In this document: one piece after another, positions 1 to 10,112 of the stretch
Layout of the letters: each line of letters begins with the position of its first letter
How positions within the stretch are numbered: the first letter of the stretch is position 1
UHGV virus genome: UHGV-0070365
Origin: a virus
DNA: 39,408 nucleotides
Reading direction: 5' to 3' (one strand)
Translations under genes and position numbers: made by a program
The notes under the pieces: model-generated
The model's database searches: none
Seen by the model: only the letters and a program-made list of their open reading frames with translations
What the model was told of the DNA's origin: nothing

Positions 1-52
1 TTATCAATTTGTTGCAACGAACAGGTCACTATCAGTCAAAATAAAATCATTA
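1..52. promoter_or_regulatory. attL: attL P' arm: IHF-like site (ATCAATTTGTTG, 2-14) and Int arm-type sites (CAGGTCACTAT 22-32, CAGTCAAAAT 33-42); core lies just left of window
   Basis: Matches WATCAA-N4-TTR IHF consensus and lambda arm-type consensus, directly abutting the 3' end of int. Confidence 0.6.
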
Positions 53-1120
53 TTTGATTTCAATTTTGTCCCACTCCCTGCCTCTGTCATCACGATACTG
101 TGATGCCATGGTGTCCGACTTATGCCCGAGAAGATGTTGAGCAAACTTATCGCTTATCTGCTTCTCATAGAGTCTTGCAGACAAACTGCGCAACTCGTGA
201 AAGGTAGGCGGATCCCCTTCGAAGGAAAGACCTGATGCTTTTCGTGCGCGCATAAAATACCTTGATACTGTGCCGGATGAAAGCGGTTCACGACGAGTAG
301 ATGCAATTATGGTTTCTCCGCCAAGAATCTCTTTGCATTTATCAAGTGTTTCCTTCATTGATATCCCGAGGGCATCAACATGCAATGCTGTTGGGATGGC
401 AATTTTTACGCCTGTTTTGCTTTGCTCGACATAAAGATATCCATCTACGATATCAGACCACTTCATTTCGCATAAATCACCAACTCGCTGCCCGGTAACA
501 ACAGCCAGTTCCATTGCAAGTCTGAGCCAACATGGTGATGATTCTGCTGCTTGATAAATTTTCAGGTATTCGTCAGCCGTAAGTCTTGATCTCCTCACCT
601 CTGATTTTGCTGCGCGAGTGGCAGAGACCGGGTTTGTTGTTATATGGCCTTCAGCTATTGCCTCTCGGAATGCATCGCTCAGTGTTGATCTGATTAACTT
701 GGCTGACGCCGCCTTGCCCTCGTCTATGTATCCATTGAGCATTGCCGCAATTTCTTTTGTGGTGATGTTTTCAAGTGGAGCATCAGGCAGACCCCTCCTT
801 ATTGCTTTAATTTTGCTCATGTAATTTATGAGTGTCTTCTGCTTGATTCCTCTGCTGGCGAGGATTTTTTCGTAGCGATCAAGCCATGAATGTAACGTAA
901 CAGAATTATCACTGTTGATTCTTGCTGTCAGAGGCTTGTGTTTGTGTCCTGAAAATAACTCAATGTTGGCCTGTATAGCTTCAGTGATTGCTATCCTCCT
1001 GTCTCGGCCTAATCCAAACTCTTTACCCGTCCTTGGGTCCCTGTAGCAGTAATATCTATTGTTTCTTATATAAAGGTTAGGGGGTAAATCCCGGCGCTCA
1101 TGACTTCGCCTTCTTCCCAT
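50..1120 (-). CDS. int: Tyrosine integrase, lambda Int type (356 aa)
   Basis: Translation MGRRRSHERRDLPPNLYIRNN... ends ...HLLGHKSDTMASQYRDDRGREWDKIEIK; near-identical to lambda Int as recalled. Confidence 0.96.
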   Translation of the reverse strand: MGRRRSHERRDLPPNLYIRNNRYYCYRDPRTGKEFGLGRDRRIAITEAIQANIELFSGHKHKPLTARINSDNSVTLHSWLDRYEKILASRGIKQKTLINYMSKIKAIRRGLPDAPLENITTKEIAAMLNGYIDEGKAASAKLIRSTLSDAFREAIAEGHITTNPVSATRAAKSEVRRSRLTADEYLKIYQAAESSPCWLRLAMELAVVTGQRVGDLCEMKWSDIVDGYLYVEQSKTGVKIAIPTALHVDALGISMKETLDKCKEILGGETIIASTRREPLSSGTVSRYFMRARKASGLSFEGDPPTFHELRSLSARLYEKQISDKFAQHLLGHKSDTMASQYRDDRGREWDKIEIK

Positions 1121-1316
1121 TTCTGATCCTCTTCAAAAGGCTACCTGTTACTGGTCGATTTAAGTCAACCTTTACCGCTGATTCGTGGAACAGATACTCT
1201 CTTCCATCCTTAACCGGAGGAGGGAATATCCTGCACTCGCGTACCCATCGACGAACTGTTTCAAGGCTTCTTGGGCGTCGCTGGCGAGCGTTCCACTCCT
1301 GAAGTGTCAAGTACAT
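1098..1316 (-). CDS. xis: Excisionase (72 aa)
   Basis: MYLTLQEWNARQRRPRSLETVRRWVRECRIFPPP...; lambda Xis-like, overlaps int start as in lambda. Confidence 0.93.
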   Translation of the reverse strand: MYLTLQEWNARQRRPRSLETVRRWVRECRIFPPPVKDGREYLFHESAVKVDLNRPVTGSLLKRIRNGKKAKS

Positions 1317-1341
1317 CGCAAAGTCTCCGCAATTACACGCA

Positions 1342-1363
1342 AGAAAAAACCGCCATCAGGCGG
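1342..1363 (-). terminator. Putative intrinsic terminator (CCGCC-ATCA-GGCGG hairpin followed by T-run on minus strand)
   Basis: Inverted repeat plus run of A on plus strand (T-run on minus) upstream of xis. Confidence 0.45.
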
Positions 1364-1611
1364 CTTGATGTTCTTTCAGTTCTTCAATTCGAATATTGGT
1401 TACGTCTGCATGTGCTATCTGCGCCCACAGCATCCAGTGGTCATAGCAGTCGTTGATGTTCTCTGCTTCGATAACTCTGTTGAATGGCTCTCCATTCCAT
1501 TCACCTGTGACTCGGAAGTGCATTTATCATCTCCATAAAACAAAACTCGCCGTAGCGAGTTCAGATAAAAGAAATCCCCGCGAGTGCGAGGATAGTTACT
1601 TGTTCATATTA

Positions 1612-1911
1612 TTAATCGTCAATGTATTTTGAGCATTGTGGGCAATCATCGATCCCACAATACGATTCATATGCATCCTTTATTGCGTCGCGGGCTTCAG
1701 TAAGAGTATTGAATAAGTTGCAGCTATTATCTTTTTGATATAGGTAAGTTCCTAATTTATAAGCAGAAGAAGCATCATTTCCGCTGTCTAAAATTACATC
1801 GTTATGGATTCTGCACCTTGCAAGAACTCCTGATCCCATAAGGGTCTGCATAGCCCATTGCTCTTGATCTTCACACAAATCATGAATGCTCATTTCAACA
1901 CCTCTCTTCAC
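1612..1911 (-). CDS. Ea8.5-like Cys-rich small protein (99 aa)
   Basis: ORF with CxxC pair near C-terminus (CPQCSKYIDD); position and pattern resemble lambda Ea8.5. Confidence 0.55.
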   Translation of the reverse strand: MKRGVEMSIHDLCEDQEQWAMQTLMGSGVLARCRIHNDVILDSGNDASSAYKLGTYLYQKDNSCNLFNTLTEARDAIKDAYESYCGIDDCPQCSKYIDD

Positions 1912-2007
1912 GTTTCACACACGTTAAGATTAACAGTGTTTTTACATGCTTTGGAAGATTTATTTTATAAAAACTCTTTTAATACAAATAGATATAATAG
2001 TTCACTA

Positions 2008-2730
2008 TTATAGCTCCTTTAATCGAGGCGGTTCTGGTAGAGGCATCCAGTGGGTTACACCGCCAATTGGCTCATCGTCGTCGTACTCCAATGCGGCTAT
2101 ATAGAACCCGTCACGACGAGAATAAGAAATCCCGGACATTACAATGCCATCCGAAACAACAATAATGTCACCCGTTTCTTTCGGCATTCGCTCACTACAG
2201 CTTATCCAACCATCCGGAGTTACCGGAGAGTTGCCATTTACATCGAAGTTTGGCTCTGCGTCCTGAACCAGGAGGATGTAACCATTCTTGGCAGTATCAA
2301 GTTCTAACGCCTCGGTGACGGTGCCGAAATAGCGATTACCTAAATCAGCATCACAAGTGCTTACATCAATGGAAACTTCCATGCCCTCGATTAATTCTGG
2401 CAAGTTGTAAGTTTGGCTTACAGGTTCGGCTTCCAGTTCTGCTATGCGCTTTTTTGCTGTTTCCAGCTCGCCCAGCAGTGTCAGCACGGTAGCCGGATTG
2501 GCTGCGGCGATGAATTCAGCATTGGCCTGCTGTTCTATTTGGAAATCTTCATCGAAACCGCTTTCAGGATGCGCTCCTTCAATTCTGCAAATGGGAATAT
2601 ATCCAGCAACTTCACGATGAATTAGCGCATCATCACCATCAAATCGGCTCTCTCCATATTCGAGCGACCACTCACCACTCGTTGCTTTCTCTGCCTTTTC
2701 ACGCAGTGCCTGATAGTTAATCTTGATCAC
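2008..2730 (-). CDS. Ea22/Ead-like protein with C-terminal DUF551-like domain (240 aa)
   Basis: Coiled-coil middle region and C-terminal WISCSERMPKE...THWMPLPEPP motif typical of DUF551 phage proteins. Confidence 0.55.
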   Translation of the reverse strand: MIKINYQALREKAEKATSGEWSLEYGESRFDGDDALIHREVAGYIPICRIEGAHPESGFDEDFQIEQQANAEFIAAANPATVLTLLGELETAKKRIAELEAEPVSQTYNLPELIEGMEVSIDVSTCDADLGNRYFGTVTEALELDTAKNGYILLVQDAEPNFDVNGNSPVTPDGWISCSERMPKETGDIIVVSDGIVMSGISYSRRDGFYIAALEYDDDEPIGGVTHWMPLPEPPRLKEL

Positions 2731-2971
2731 TGGTTGCCTCCTGCTTTTCTGCCTTCAACACCATGCGAGAACCATCATCCAGCTCCCACACTATCTCACC
2801 ACCTTCAGCCATGACCAGTTGCCACACCAATTGAGCAGCCTCATTGGTAACATCACGACCTGGATCATTGCCAACGCGCATACGTCCACCTTCAACATCG
2901 CGCATTTTTGCCAGCATGATAGTTTTTGATAGCGGTGAAAAACCAAGCTGTAGTCGTGCGGAATTACTCAC
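2717..2971 (-). CDS. Hypothetical protein (84 aa, GTG start)
   Basis: ORF in pL operon, GTGA overlap with upstream ORF stop. Confidence 0.45.
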   Translation of the reverse strand: MSNSARLQLGFSPLSKTIMLAKMRDVEGGRMRVGNDPGRDVTNEAAQLVWQLVMAEGGEIVWELDDGSRMVLKAEKQEATSDQD

Positions 2972-3135
2972 TGCTTGCCTCCTTTACGCCACATCGCATT
3001 CAGATATTTGTTTTGATTTACTGATGGAAAAGAATTTCTCTTTAGCAATTCCTCTCTCGATGGCATTGGCTTTACGCGTTGGCGAATAATCATTTCTGCC
3101 GGAAGAATGCCGGGATTGTATGCAAGTCCTCTCAT
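2968..3135 (-). CDS. Hypothetical small protein (55 aa)
   Basis: ATG overlaps stop of upstream ORF (ATGA at 3132-3135); not in supplied ORF track because <60 aa. Confidence 0.35.
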   Translation of the reverse strand: MRGLAYNPGILPAEMIIRQRVKPMPSREELLKRNSFPSVNQNKYLNAMWRKGGKQ

Positions 3136-3413
3136 GATTTACTCTCCACGAACTGGTCAATAGCCATGCTAAGTGACACACCTAAAGTATCGATATGCTG
3201 CTGAATATCCTGTAGCATCTGAGCCTGAGATAACAGGATTTCACGGTTGCATAATTCTTTAACCAGATGCTCAAACTTGCTGTAATAACCGATACGGCTT
3301 AGTGTTTCTTTCCCTGCATTATCACCTTCTTTGATAATTCCTCTTTCACTAAGAATCAGGTCGTGTTTTGTTCCGGTAATAACATATTTGCCTAGGTCTA
3401 TGTTTAGCTTCAT
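3132..3413 (-). CDS. Hypothetical protein (93 aa)
   Basis: [24 protein letters not shown]... in leftward operon. Confidence 0.5.
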   Translation of the reverse strand: MKLNIDLGKYVITGTKHDLILSERGIIKEGDNAGKETLSRIGYYSKFEHLVKELCNREILLSQAQMLQDIQQHIDTLGVSLSMAIDQFVESKS

Positions 3414-3429
3414 TGTTAATTACTCCATG

Positions 3430-3744
3430 TTAATTTATTCGTATGCCTGCTCTTTCTTCATCGAGTTTTTTTAGCTTGTATCTCATAGCTCTTACTGAAT
3501 AAATTGAGCGGCAGGTTGCAATTGCTATTTCTTCTGCGGAGAACTTACCGAAAAGTGATACTTCGGCTCTTGTCCAGCGTCTTCCACGAAGTCGGCTAAC
3601 AATGTCAGCGCCAATCCTTGTTGCTTTCGCCATAACTGCTTTTTCAGTCCTTTCCAGTTTTTCAGCAATAACTTCAACTGGCATTGTCGCCGATACTTCG
3701 CGCAAGAAATCGACTTCCCATTTCTCCCATGGAGTCTTTTTCAT
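3430..3744 (-). CDS. Hypothetical protein (104 aa)
   Basis: ORF MKKTPWEKWEVDFLREV... in leftward operon. Confidence 0.5.
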   Translation of the reverse strand: MKKTPWEKWEVDFLREVSATMPVEVIAEKLERTEKAVMAKATRIGADIVSRLRGRRWTRAEVSLFGKFSAEEIAIATCRSIYSVRAMRYKLKKLDEERAGIRIN

Positions 3745-3755
3745 AGGCGATACCG

Positions 3756-4244
3756 TTATTTGATAAGAAGTGAAGGTTTCCCAACCTTGAGTTGAGCGCC
3801 TGGGATATTTATTCCTGCTTTTAGTTGGTGCTTGATTGCCAACTTGTCGGCTTTAATTGTCGTTTCAAACTCAACGTATTCAGGAGGAAGGGCGCTTGAG
3901 TCGATGATTTCTACAGTTTCTGACGGTTTGCGGATTGTTACCTGGTGAATACCTGCTCGAATCTTTTTCTTGCCAACCATTTCAAGCGATGACGCTATAT
4001 ATGATTTGATGCTGTCAATCTTATTTTGAATTACTGCGGCTCGCTCATTCAGCGACTTTGCCTCTTCCTTGAGGCGTTCAGCATAACCAGATTCATTTTT
4101 AATGACGGAAAGAAGTTGCTCTATTTTATCGGTAAATTCTCCTTCCATGCCTTCTATTGTGTCAGCAATCATCTCTGGTTCTAAATCTGAATCCATCAAT
4201 TTTGCGTATTCATTGGCAATTTCATACAGTTTGCTCACTGGCAA
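3756..4244 (-). CDS. Siphovirus Gp157-like protein (162 aa)
   Basis: MPVSKLYEIANEYAKL... coiled-coil protein immediately downstream of recT, typical Gp157 family arrangement. Confidence 0.55.
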   Translation of the reverse strand: MPVSKLYEIANEYAKLMDSDLEPEMIADTIEGMEGEFTDKIEQLLSVIKNESGYAERLKEEAKSLNERAAVIQNKIDSIKSYIASSLEMVGKKKIRAGIHQVTIRKPSETVEIIDSSALPPEYVEFETTIKADKLAIKHQLKAGINIPGAQLKVGKPSLLIK

Positions 4245-5124
4245 CCTCCAGTTTCGCTTTGCATTCTATGTAAATGGCTTGTACGTTCTGCTGCAATTTC
4301 ATTCCAGATGTCAGGCGATATGCTTCTGCAAAATATCGCTTCAAATCATCCATGTTTTCTGCCTGAGCCATTTCATCACAAAGAAGTTGTGCTTTTTCCA
4401 TAATTTCCTGCTGGCGTTTCCGTTCATCTTCGCGGATATCTTCCTCTGATTTGTGCGGCATAACTGGTTCCTGATGCATGCCTTCATCTTCGTTAAGCAG
4501 GTGAATGGCATTATCCAGTCGCTGGGCTTTAGGCCAGTATTTGCTGGCGCGTTTAACTATGGTTTTACGCGCCATCTCTTCCCAGAATGTCTTCCACGGT
4601 CCATTCTTTGCCTTGCTCGTTGCTTCCACAGCTTTAATTTCTGCCAGACTCATTTCTTCAGTCAGGTAGTCACCATCTGCTGTTTTAACCGTGCAATAAC
4701 CACCAACAATAGAACCTCGCTCACCAAATGCGTTGTATTTGTGGGTTGGTGCTGAATCAAGGCCGTTTGATTCATAGGTGTCGTTTGAGTACACCAGTTT
4801 GCATTGCCCCCACTTAATTGAGCCTGTCGATTGCGCAAGGTGAAGTAATCCCATGTAACTGATATCAAGGCACACCATGCCGTCGCGAGGAACCAGATAA
4901 GCCAGTTTGCTGGCCGGGTTTAAGGTGATGCCGATCGCCGCAACATTGATGATGGCGTTCTGTGCGCTGGTTGGGTTTGCCAGTGCTGTTTTAGCCAGGT
5001 AATCATTTTTCTGGAAATACTGAATTGCAAACTGGCTTTCCTTAGCCCATGTCACCGTCTGTTCAGTCAATGCTCCGCAGAATAACTGCTCTTGCTGTTT
5101 AACGAATTCAACGATATTGCTCAT
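4222..5124 (-). CDS. recT: RecT-family single-strand annealing recombinase (300 aa)
   Basis: Family-typical motifs (…AAIGITLNP…, …KYWPK…), acidic C-terminal tail. Confidence 0.85.
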   Translation of the reverse strand: MSNIVEFVKQQEQLFCGALTEQTVTWAKESQFAIQYFQKNDYLAKTALANPTSAQNAIINVAAIGITLNPASKLAYLVPRDGMVCLDISYMGLLHLAQSTGSIKWGQCKLVYSNDTYESNGLDSAPTHKYNAFGERGSIVGGYCTVKTADGDYLTEEMSLAEIKAVEATSKAKNGPWKTFWEEMARKTIVKRASKYWPKAQRLDNAIHLLNEDEGMHQEPVMPHKSEEDIREDERKRQQEIMEKAQLLCDEMAQAENMDDLKRYFAEAYRLTSGMKLQQNVQAIYIECKAKLEVASEQTV

Positions 5125-5432
5125 GCAGCTTCTCCATAAATATGTCTGCGTTTGAATATTGCGAAGGCATATTCAGCCTTAACTCTTTCGGTTATTGCAT
5201 CCCAGAACCATTCAGCGGCTTTTTCCTGATAGTTACAGTCATCATCTTCCAGCCAGTCGATAGCGTCCTTAGTGTGTTCATCTGGTTTATATGAGCGAAG
5301 CATTTCGCTTATTGGGTCGCAACGTTTGCAGAGACGATCAACTTCACTGTTGATTCGTTCGTAATCTTCATCGGTAAAACTTGCGATGATTTGCGATATT
5401 TCACGCTTATCATTCAGAGTCAGAATCATCAT
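5121..5432 (-). CDS. Hypothetical protein (103 aa), ATGA-coupled to recT
   Basis: Stop overlaps recT start codon. Confidence 0.5.
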   Translation of the reverse strand: MMILTLNDKREISQIIASFTDEDYERINSEVDRLCKRCDPISEMLRSYKPDEHTKDAIDWLEDDDCNYQEKAAEWFWDAITERVKAEYAFAIFKRRHIYGEAA

Positions 5433-5517
5433 CTTTCTCCTGTTCTTTGTGCTGATTGAGCATTTCTTTCATCTGACGAATGAATTCTTCGTCTGACCAT
5501 GTATCCGCAATGCTCAT
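5410..5517 (-). CDS. Hypothetical micro-protein (35 aa)
   Basis: ATG overlaps stop of upstream 54-aa ORF (ATGA); acidic C-terminus. Confidence 0.3.
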   Translation of the reverse strand: MSIADTWSDEEFIRQMKEMLNQHKEQEKDDDSDSE

Positions 5518-5678
5518 TGCTTAACGACCTTAATCAGTTGAGTTACCTCAATGATGTCCTCGCATAAATCCGAGTACTGAAATGGGCCGCAGTTGTGAGA
5601 GTTAGTGCGTCGGGCGAAAGCCATTCTTCTAAGCTCTTTCAGGGCTTCTTCCAGTTCCTCGTAAGTTGGTTTTTTCAT
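5514..5678 (-). CDS. Hypothetical small protein (54 aa), in Kil position
   Basis: ATG overlaps cIII-like stop (ATGA); MKKPTYEELEEALKELRR... Confidence 0.4.
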   Translation of the reverse strand: MKKPTYEELEEALKELRRMAFARRTNSHNCGPFQYSDLCEDIIEVTQLIKVVKQ

Positions 5679-5845
5679 GGCTGTACCTTTTGATTCAGAA
5701 ACTCAACAAGACGATCCAGCAAGCTCTTAACGCGAGGTTGTTTAAAGTCTGCTCCGGTTAAAATGTTTTTTCGTGAATGCTGCACCGATAAAATCGGGTT
5801 GAAAGGGCGAACCGATGCCGCCCCTGCAATAGCGAACTGTTGCAT
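5675..5845 (-). CDS. cIII: CIII-like protease inhibitor (56 aa)
   Basis: MQQFAIAGAASV... resembles lambda CIII N-terminus (MQYAIAG...); GGAG SD 7 nt upstream. Confidence 0.55.
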   Translation of the reverse strand: MQQFAIAGAASVRPFNPILSVQHSRKNILTGADFKQPRVKSLLDRLVEFLNQKVQP

Positions 5846-5911
5846 AGGATGCTCCTTCTGTTTGATTGCATAACGAAAACGCCTCGAGTGAAGCGTTATT
5901 GGTATGCATAT

Positions 5912-5935
5912 AAAAAAGCCCTCACACTGGAGGGC
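5912..5935 (-). terminator. Intrinsic terminator (GCCCTC-N6-GAGGGC hairpin plus T6 on minus strand)
   Basis: Perfect 6-bp stem followed by A6 on plus strand, between ral and cIII. Confidence 0.6.
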
Positions 5936-6071
5936 AAAGAAGATTTCCAATAATCAGAACAAGTCGGCTCCTGTTTAGTTACGAGCGACATTGCTCCGTG
6001 TATTCACTCGTTGGAATGAATACACAGTGCAGTGTTTATTCTGTTGTTTATGCCAAAAATAAAGGCCACCA

Positions 6072-6272
6072 TCAGGCAGCCTTGTTGTTATGTTTACCAA
6101 GTTCTCTGGCAATCATTGCCGTCGTTCGTATTGCCCATTTATCGACATATTTCCCATCTTCCATTACAGGAAACATTTCTTCAGGCTTAACCATGCATTC
6201 CGATTGCAGCTTGCATCCATTGCATCGCTTGAATTGTCCACACCATTGATTTGTATCAATAGTCGTAGTCAT
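6072..6272 (-). CDS. ral: Restriction alleviation protein Ral (66 aa)
   Basis: MTTTIDTNQWCGQFKRCNGCKLQSECMVKPEEMFPVMEDGKYVDKWAIRTTAMIARELGK... matches lambda Ral as recalled. Confidence 0.88.
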   Translation of the reverse strand: MTTTIDTNQWCGQFKRCNGCKLQSECMVKPEEMFPVMEDGKYVDKWAIRTTAMIARELGKHNNKAA

Positions 6273-6397
6273 ACGGATAGTCCTGGTATTGTTCCATCAC
6301 ATCCTGAGGATGCTCTTCGAACTCTTCAAATTCTTCTTCCATATCTCACCTCAAATAAGTGGTTTGCCGCGAAAAAGTAAAACAAGGATACTCACTT

Positions 6398-6670
6398 CTA
6401 TTTGTCATCGTGTAAGCGACGCAGGTTATTAACTCGCGGCCAGTAATATTTTGGCTTGGCACGAGATCCGGGTCTTGGACCTACACAAACTATATAGCTC
6501 TCTTCTTTCCTCGGAAGGCCAGGCGCATCTAGCAGACGACCTAGTTCGAATTTTTTTACGTTGACACCAGGAGGAATCACCTCGACGATAAACCCGATTT
6601 TTACCTTCGTTACACCGTTTGATGAGCTTGACCATTTAACTTCATCGTTCAATTTGAACTTCATCATTAA
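6398..6670 (-). CDS. Hypothetical protein (about 90 aa) immediately downstream of N
   Basis: ORF MMKFKLNDEVKWSSSSNGVTKVKIGF...; start placed at internal Met after N stop. Confidence 0.45.
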   Translation of the reverse strand, partial: LMMKFKLNDEVKWSSSSNGVTKVKIGFIVEVIPPGVNVKKFELGRLLDAPGLPRKEESYIVCVGPRPGSRAKPKYYWPRVNNLRRLHDDK

Positions 6671-6672
6671 CC

Positions 6673-7005
6673 TCAATCGTAATAAGCTGGAATTGATTTT
6701 CCGCGTTGCTTCTGGCGGCCTGAGCAAGTCACACCCATTTCACTGCGTGGCTTGCTGTACCATGTGCGCTGATTCTTGCGCTCAATACGCTGCAGGTTGC
6801 TTTCAATCTGTTCGTGGTATTCAGCCAGCACCGTAAGGTCTATCGGATTCAGTGCGCTTTCTACTCGTGATTTCGGTTTGCGATTCAGCGAGAGAATAGG
6901 GCGGTTAACTGGTTTTGCGCTTACCCCAACCAACAGGGGATTTGCTGCTTTCCATTGAGCCTGTTTCTCTGCGCGACGTTCGCGGCGGCGTGTTTGTGCA
7001 TCCAT
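6673..7005 (-). CDS. N: Antitermination protein N (110 aa)
   Basis: MDAQTRRRERRAEKQAQWKAANPLLVGVSAKPVNRPILSLNRKPKSRVESALNPIDLTVLAEYHEQIESNLQRIERKNQRTWYSKP...; arginine-rich N-terminus, lambda N-like. Confidence 0.9.
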   Translation of the reverse strand: MDAQTRRRERRAEKQAQWKAANPLLVGVSAKPVNRPILSLNRKPKSRVESALNPIDLTVLAEYHEQIESNLQRIERKNQRTWYSKPRSEMGVTCSGRQKQRGKSIPAYYD

Positions 7006-7162
7006 CTGGATTCTCCTGTCAGTTAGCTTTGGTTGTGTGTGGGAGTCGTAGTCCTGAACGAAAACACCCCGCAATGGCACATTGGCAGCTAATCCGGATT
7101 CGCACTTCCGGCCAATGCTTCGTTTCGTATCACACACACCAAAGCTTTCTGCTTTGAATGCT

Positions 7163-7193
7163 GCCCTTCTTCAGGGCTTAATTTTTAAGAGCG
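7163..7193 (-). promoter_or_regulatory. nutL: nutL (boxB hairpin GCCCTGAAGAAGGGC and boxA CGCTCTTA on minus strand)
   Basis: Exact boxA and boxB motifs read on minus strand upstream of N. Confidence 0.88.
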
Positions 7194-7238
7194 TCACCTT
7201 CAATGGTGGTCAGTGCGTCCTGCTGATGGCTTAAAATT

Positions 7239-7307
7239 ACAAGAAAGATTGTATGTTGTAAACAAGAAATATTGTAAAAAGGGGGCGTAAAAAACAAACT
7301 CCATTGT
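7239..7307 (-). promoter_or_regulatory. OL: pL/OL region with three 434-type operators ACAAGAAAGATTGT (7239-7252), ACAAGAAATATTGT (7262-7275), ACAAACTCCATTGT (7294-7307)
   Basis: Three 14-bp ACAA-N6-TTGT sites of the phage 434 repressor type. Confidence 0.85.
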
Positions 7308-7357
7308 TTTTAAACGGAAAATAGTTTGTTTTTTGGTTATCGAGATTGAGGTGGGGA

Positions 7358-8710
<1,353 letters not shown>

Positions 8711-8718
8711 GACATTCC

Positions 8719-8750
8719 CGCTCTTACACATCACCGCCCTGAAAAAGGGC
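8719..8750 (+). promoter_or_regulatory. nutR: nutR (boxA CGCTCTTA 8719-8726; boxB GCCCTGAAAAAGGGC 8736-8750)
   Basis: boxA/boxB motifs directly downstream of cro. Confidence 0.85.
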
Positions 8751-8826
8751 ATTACCAGAAACAAATCTCTATGGTTTTGCGTTTCTTTGCGAAGCCAACT
8801 CTATCTAATCATTAAGGAAATTATCT

Positions 8827-9108
8827 ATGGGTACTATTGCAACTAAAAGCAAGAAAGCGGCTCGCATCGAGTCAGCCTTGCTGAACAAACTGGCACTGAT
8901 GGGGCAGAAGACATTCGCTCGAGCAATGGGGGTTCCTGAATATCAGGTAAGCCGATGGAAGAATGGTTTCTTCTCGCAGGTAAGCATGATGCTGGCTGTT
9001 CTGGAATACGGAATCGAAGACGATGAAATGGCTGAGCTGACTAAGCGGCTTGCCAATTACCTGACAAAAGAAAAAGCCCCGAAGAACGGCGAATTCTTCG
9101 AGGCCTGA
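8827..9108 (+). CDS. cII: CII-like transcriptional activator (93 aa)
   Basis: …ARIESALLNKLALMG…SRWK… resembles lambda CII (…LRIESALLNKIAMLG…). Confidence 0.8.
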   Translation: MGTIATKSKKAARIESALLNKLALMGQKTFARAMGVPEYQVSRWKNGFFSQVSMMLAVLEYGIEDDEMAELTKRLANYLTKEKAPKNGEFFEA

Positions 9109-9142
9109 TGTAGAAAGACTGGATCAATCCACAGGAGTAATT

Positions 9143-9304
9143 ATGACAAAACGTCGTAAGAAATACCAGGAAAAAGAAGAGATTCGACACCCTGATTCAC
9201 CTGAGGGATTAGTGGTAGCCGCAGCAAATAACAGGGCGTTCGCCGAGCGCCTTGTTGGTGTTTACAGACTAGCCAAAGCAGGAGTGAAACATGGGCGTCG
9301 TTAA
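9143..9304 (+). CDS. Hypothetical basic small protein (53 aa)
   Basis: AGGAG SD 6 nt upstream of ATG; overlaps O start by 14 nt. Confidence 0.4.
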   Translation: MTKRRKKYQEKEEIRHPDSPEGLVVAAANNRAFAERLVGVYRLAKAGVKHGRR

Positions 9305-10112
9305 GTTAGCTGATTACAGGCCTCAACTTGAGGTCGTGGAGCATCGCGTGGCAGATACCGAAGATGGTTTCATGCGCGTTGCTAACGAGATTACCGACAG
9401 TCTGCTGATGGCTGATTTAACCGTCCGGCAGATGAAGGTGATGCTCGCTATCATGCGCAAGACATACGGATTCAATAAGCCGATGGATCGACTCACAAAC
9501 ACGCAGATAGCAGCCATGACAGGTATTCATCACACTCATGTTTGCGCTGCCAAGCGCCAGCTTATTGAGCGTAAATTCCTCATTGCTGATGGCGTGAAAA
9601 TCGGAGTGAACAAGGTGGTTTCTCAGTGGATTAGCCAGGACAGCTTAACATTAGCTAAAACAGCTAATAAAACATTAGCCAAGTCGGCTAATGGGTATAA
9701 GCCAAGTCAGCTAAACACAAAAGACAATATACAAAAGACAATAAATACAAATACCCCCTTACCCCCTAGCGGGGGCGGCGATGGGCAGGTTAAACCTGAA
9801 CGTCGCAAGGCAGAACGAATCGACTACGAATCCTTCCTGAACGCCTACAACACCGAAGTCGGTGACAGACTTCCACACGCTGTTGCGGTCAACGAGAAAC
9901 GAAAACGCCGCCTGAAGAAAATCATTCCGCAACTGAAAACGCCAAACGTGGACGGTTTCAGAGCGTATGTCAGGGCGTTTGTGCATCAGGCCAAGCCGTT
10001 TTACTTCGGAGACAACGACACGGGCTGGACGGCAGATTTTGATTACCTGCTGAGGGAAGACTCGTTAACGGGAGTTCGGGAAGGGAAGTTTGCAGACAGG
10101 GGGATTGCATGA
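9291..10112 (+). CDS. O: Replication initiator, lambda O-like (273 aa)
   Basis: N-terminal …[33 protein letters not shown]… resembles lambda O iteron-binding domain. Confidence 0.82.
   Translation: MGVVKLADYRPQLEVVEHRVADTEDGFMRVANEITDSLLMADLTVRQMKVMLAIMRKTYGFNKPMDRLTNTQIAAMTGIHHTHVCAAKRQLIERKFLIADGVKIGVNKVVSQWISQDSLTLAKTANKTLAKSANGYKPSQLNTKDNIQKTINTNTPLPPSGGGDGQVKPERRKAERIDYESFLNAYNTEVGDRLPHAVAVNEKRKRRLKKIIPQLKTPNVDGFRAYVRAFVHQAKPFYFGDNDTGWTADFDYLLREDSLTGVREGKFADRGIA
9630..9760 (+). repeat. ori: Candidate origin: clustered short direct repeats (TAGCTAA / AGCTAAT / GGCTAAT variants) followed by AT-rich tract, inside O gene
   Basis: At least 6 copies of AGC(T/C)AA-like motif within about 90 bp then A/T-rich run, analogous to ori-lambda inside O. 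Confidence 0.5.

Noticed and set aside
1185-1538. 117-aa plus-strand ORF overlapping xis and the xis-ea8.5 intergenic region
   Set aside because: Antisense to xis, no RBS, low-complexity translation; typical shadow ORF
2984-3181. 65-aa minus-strand ORF from the ORF track
   Set aside because: Alternative frame overlapping the 93-aa ORF; the 2968-3135 frame with ATGA/GTGA coupling to its neighbours is more plausible
7294-7330. Long-range hairpin ACAAACT...AGTTTGT followed by a T-run, as a terminator for the cI operon
   Set aside because: The loop is about 23 nt and the stem overlaps an OL operator; too weak to call as a terminator
9630-9760. Possible CRISPR-like repeat array
   Set aside because: Repeats are short (6-8 bp), irregular and lie inside the O gene; consistent with origin iterons, not a CRISPR array
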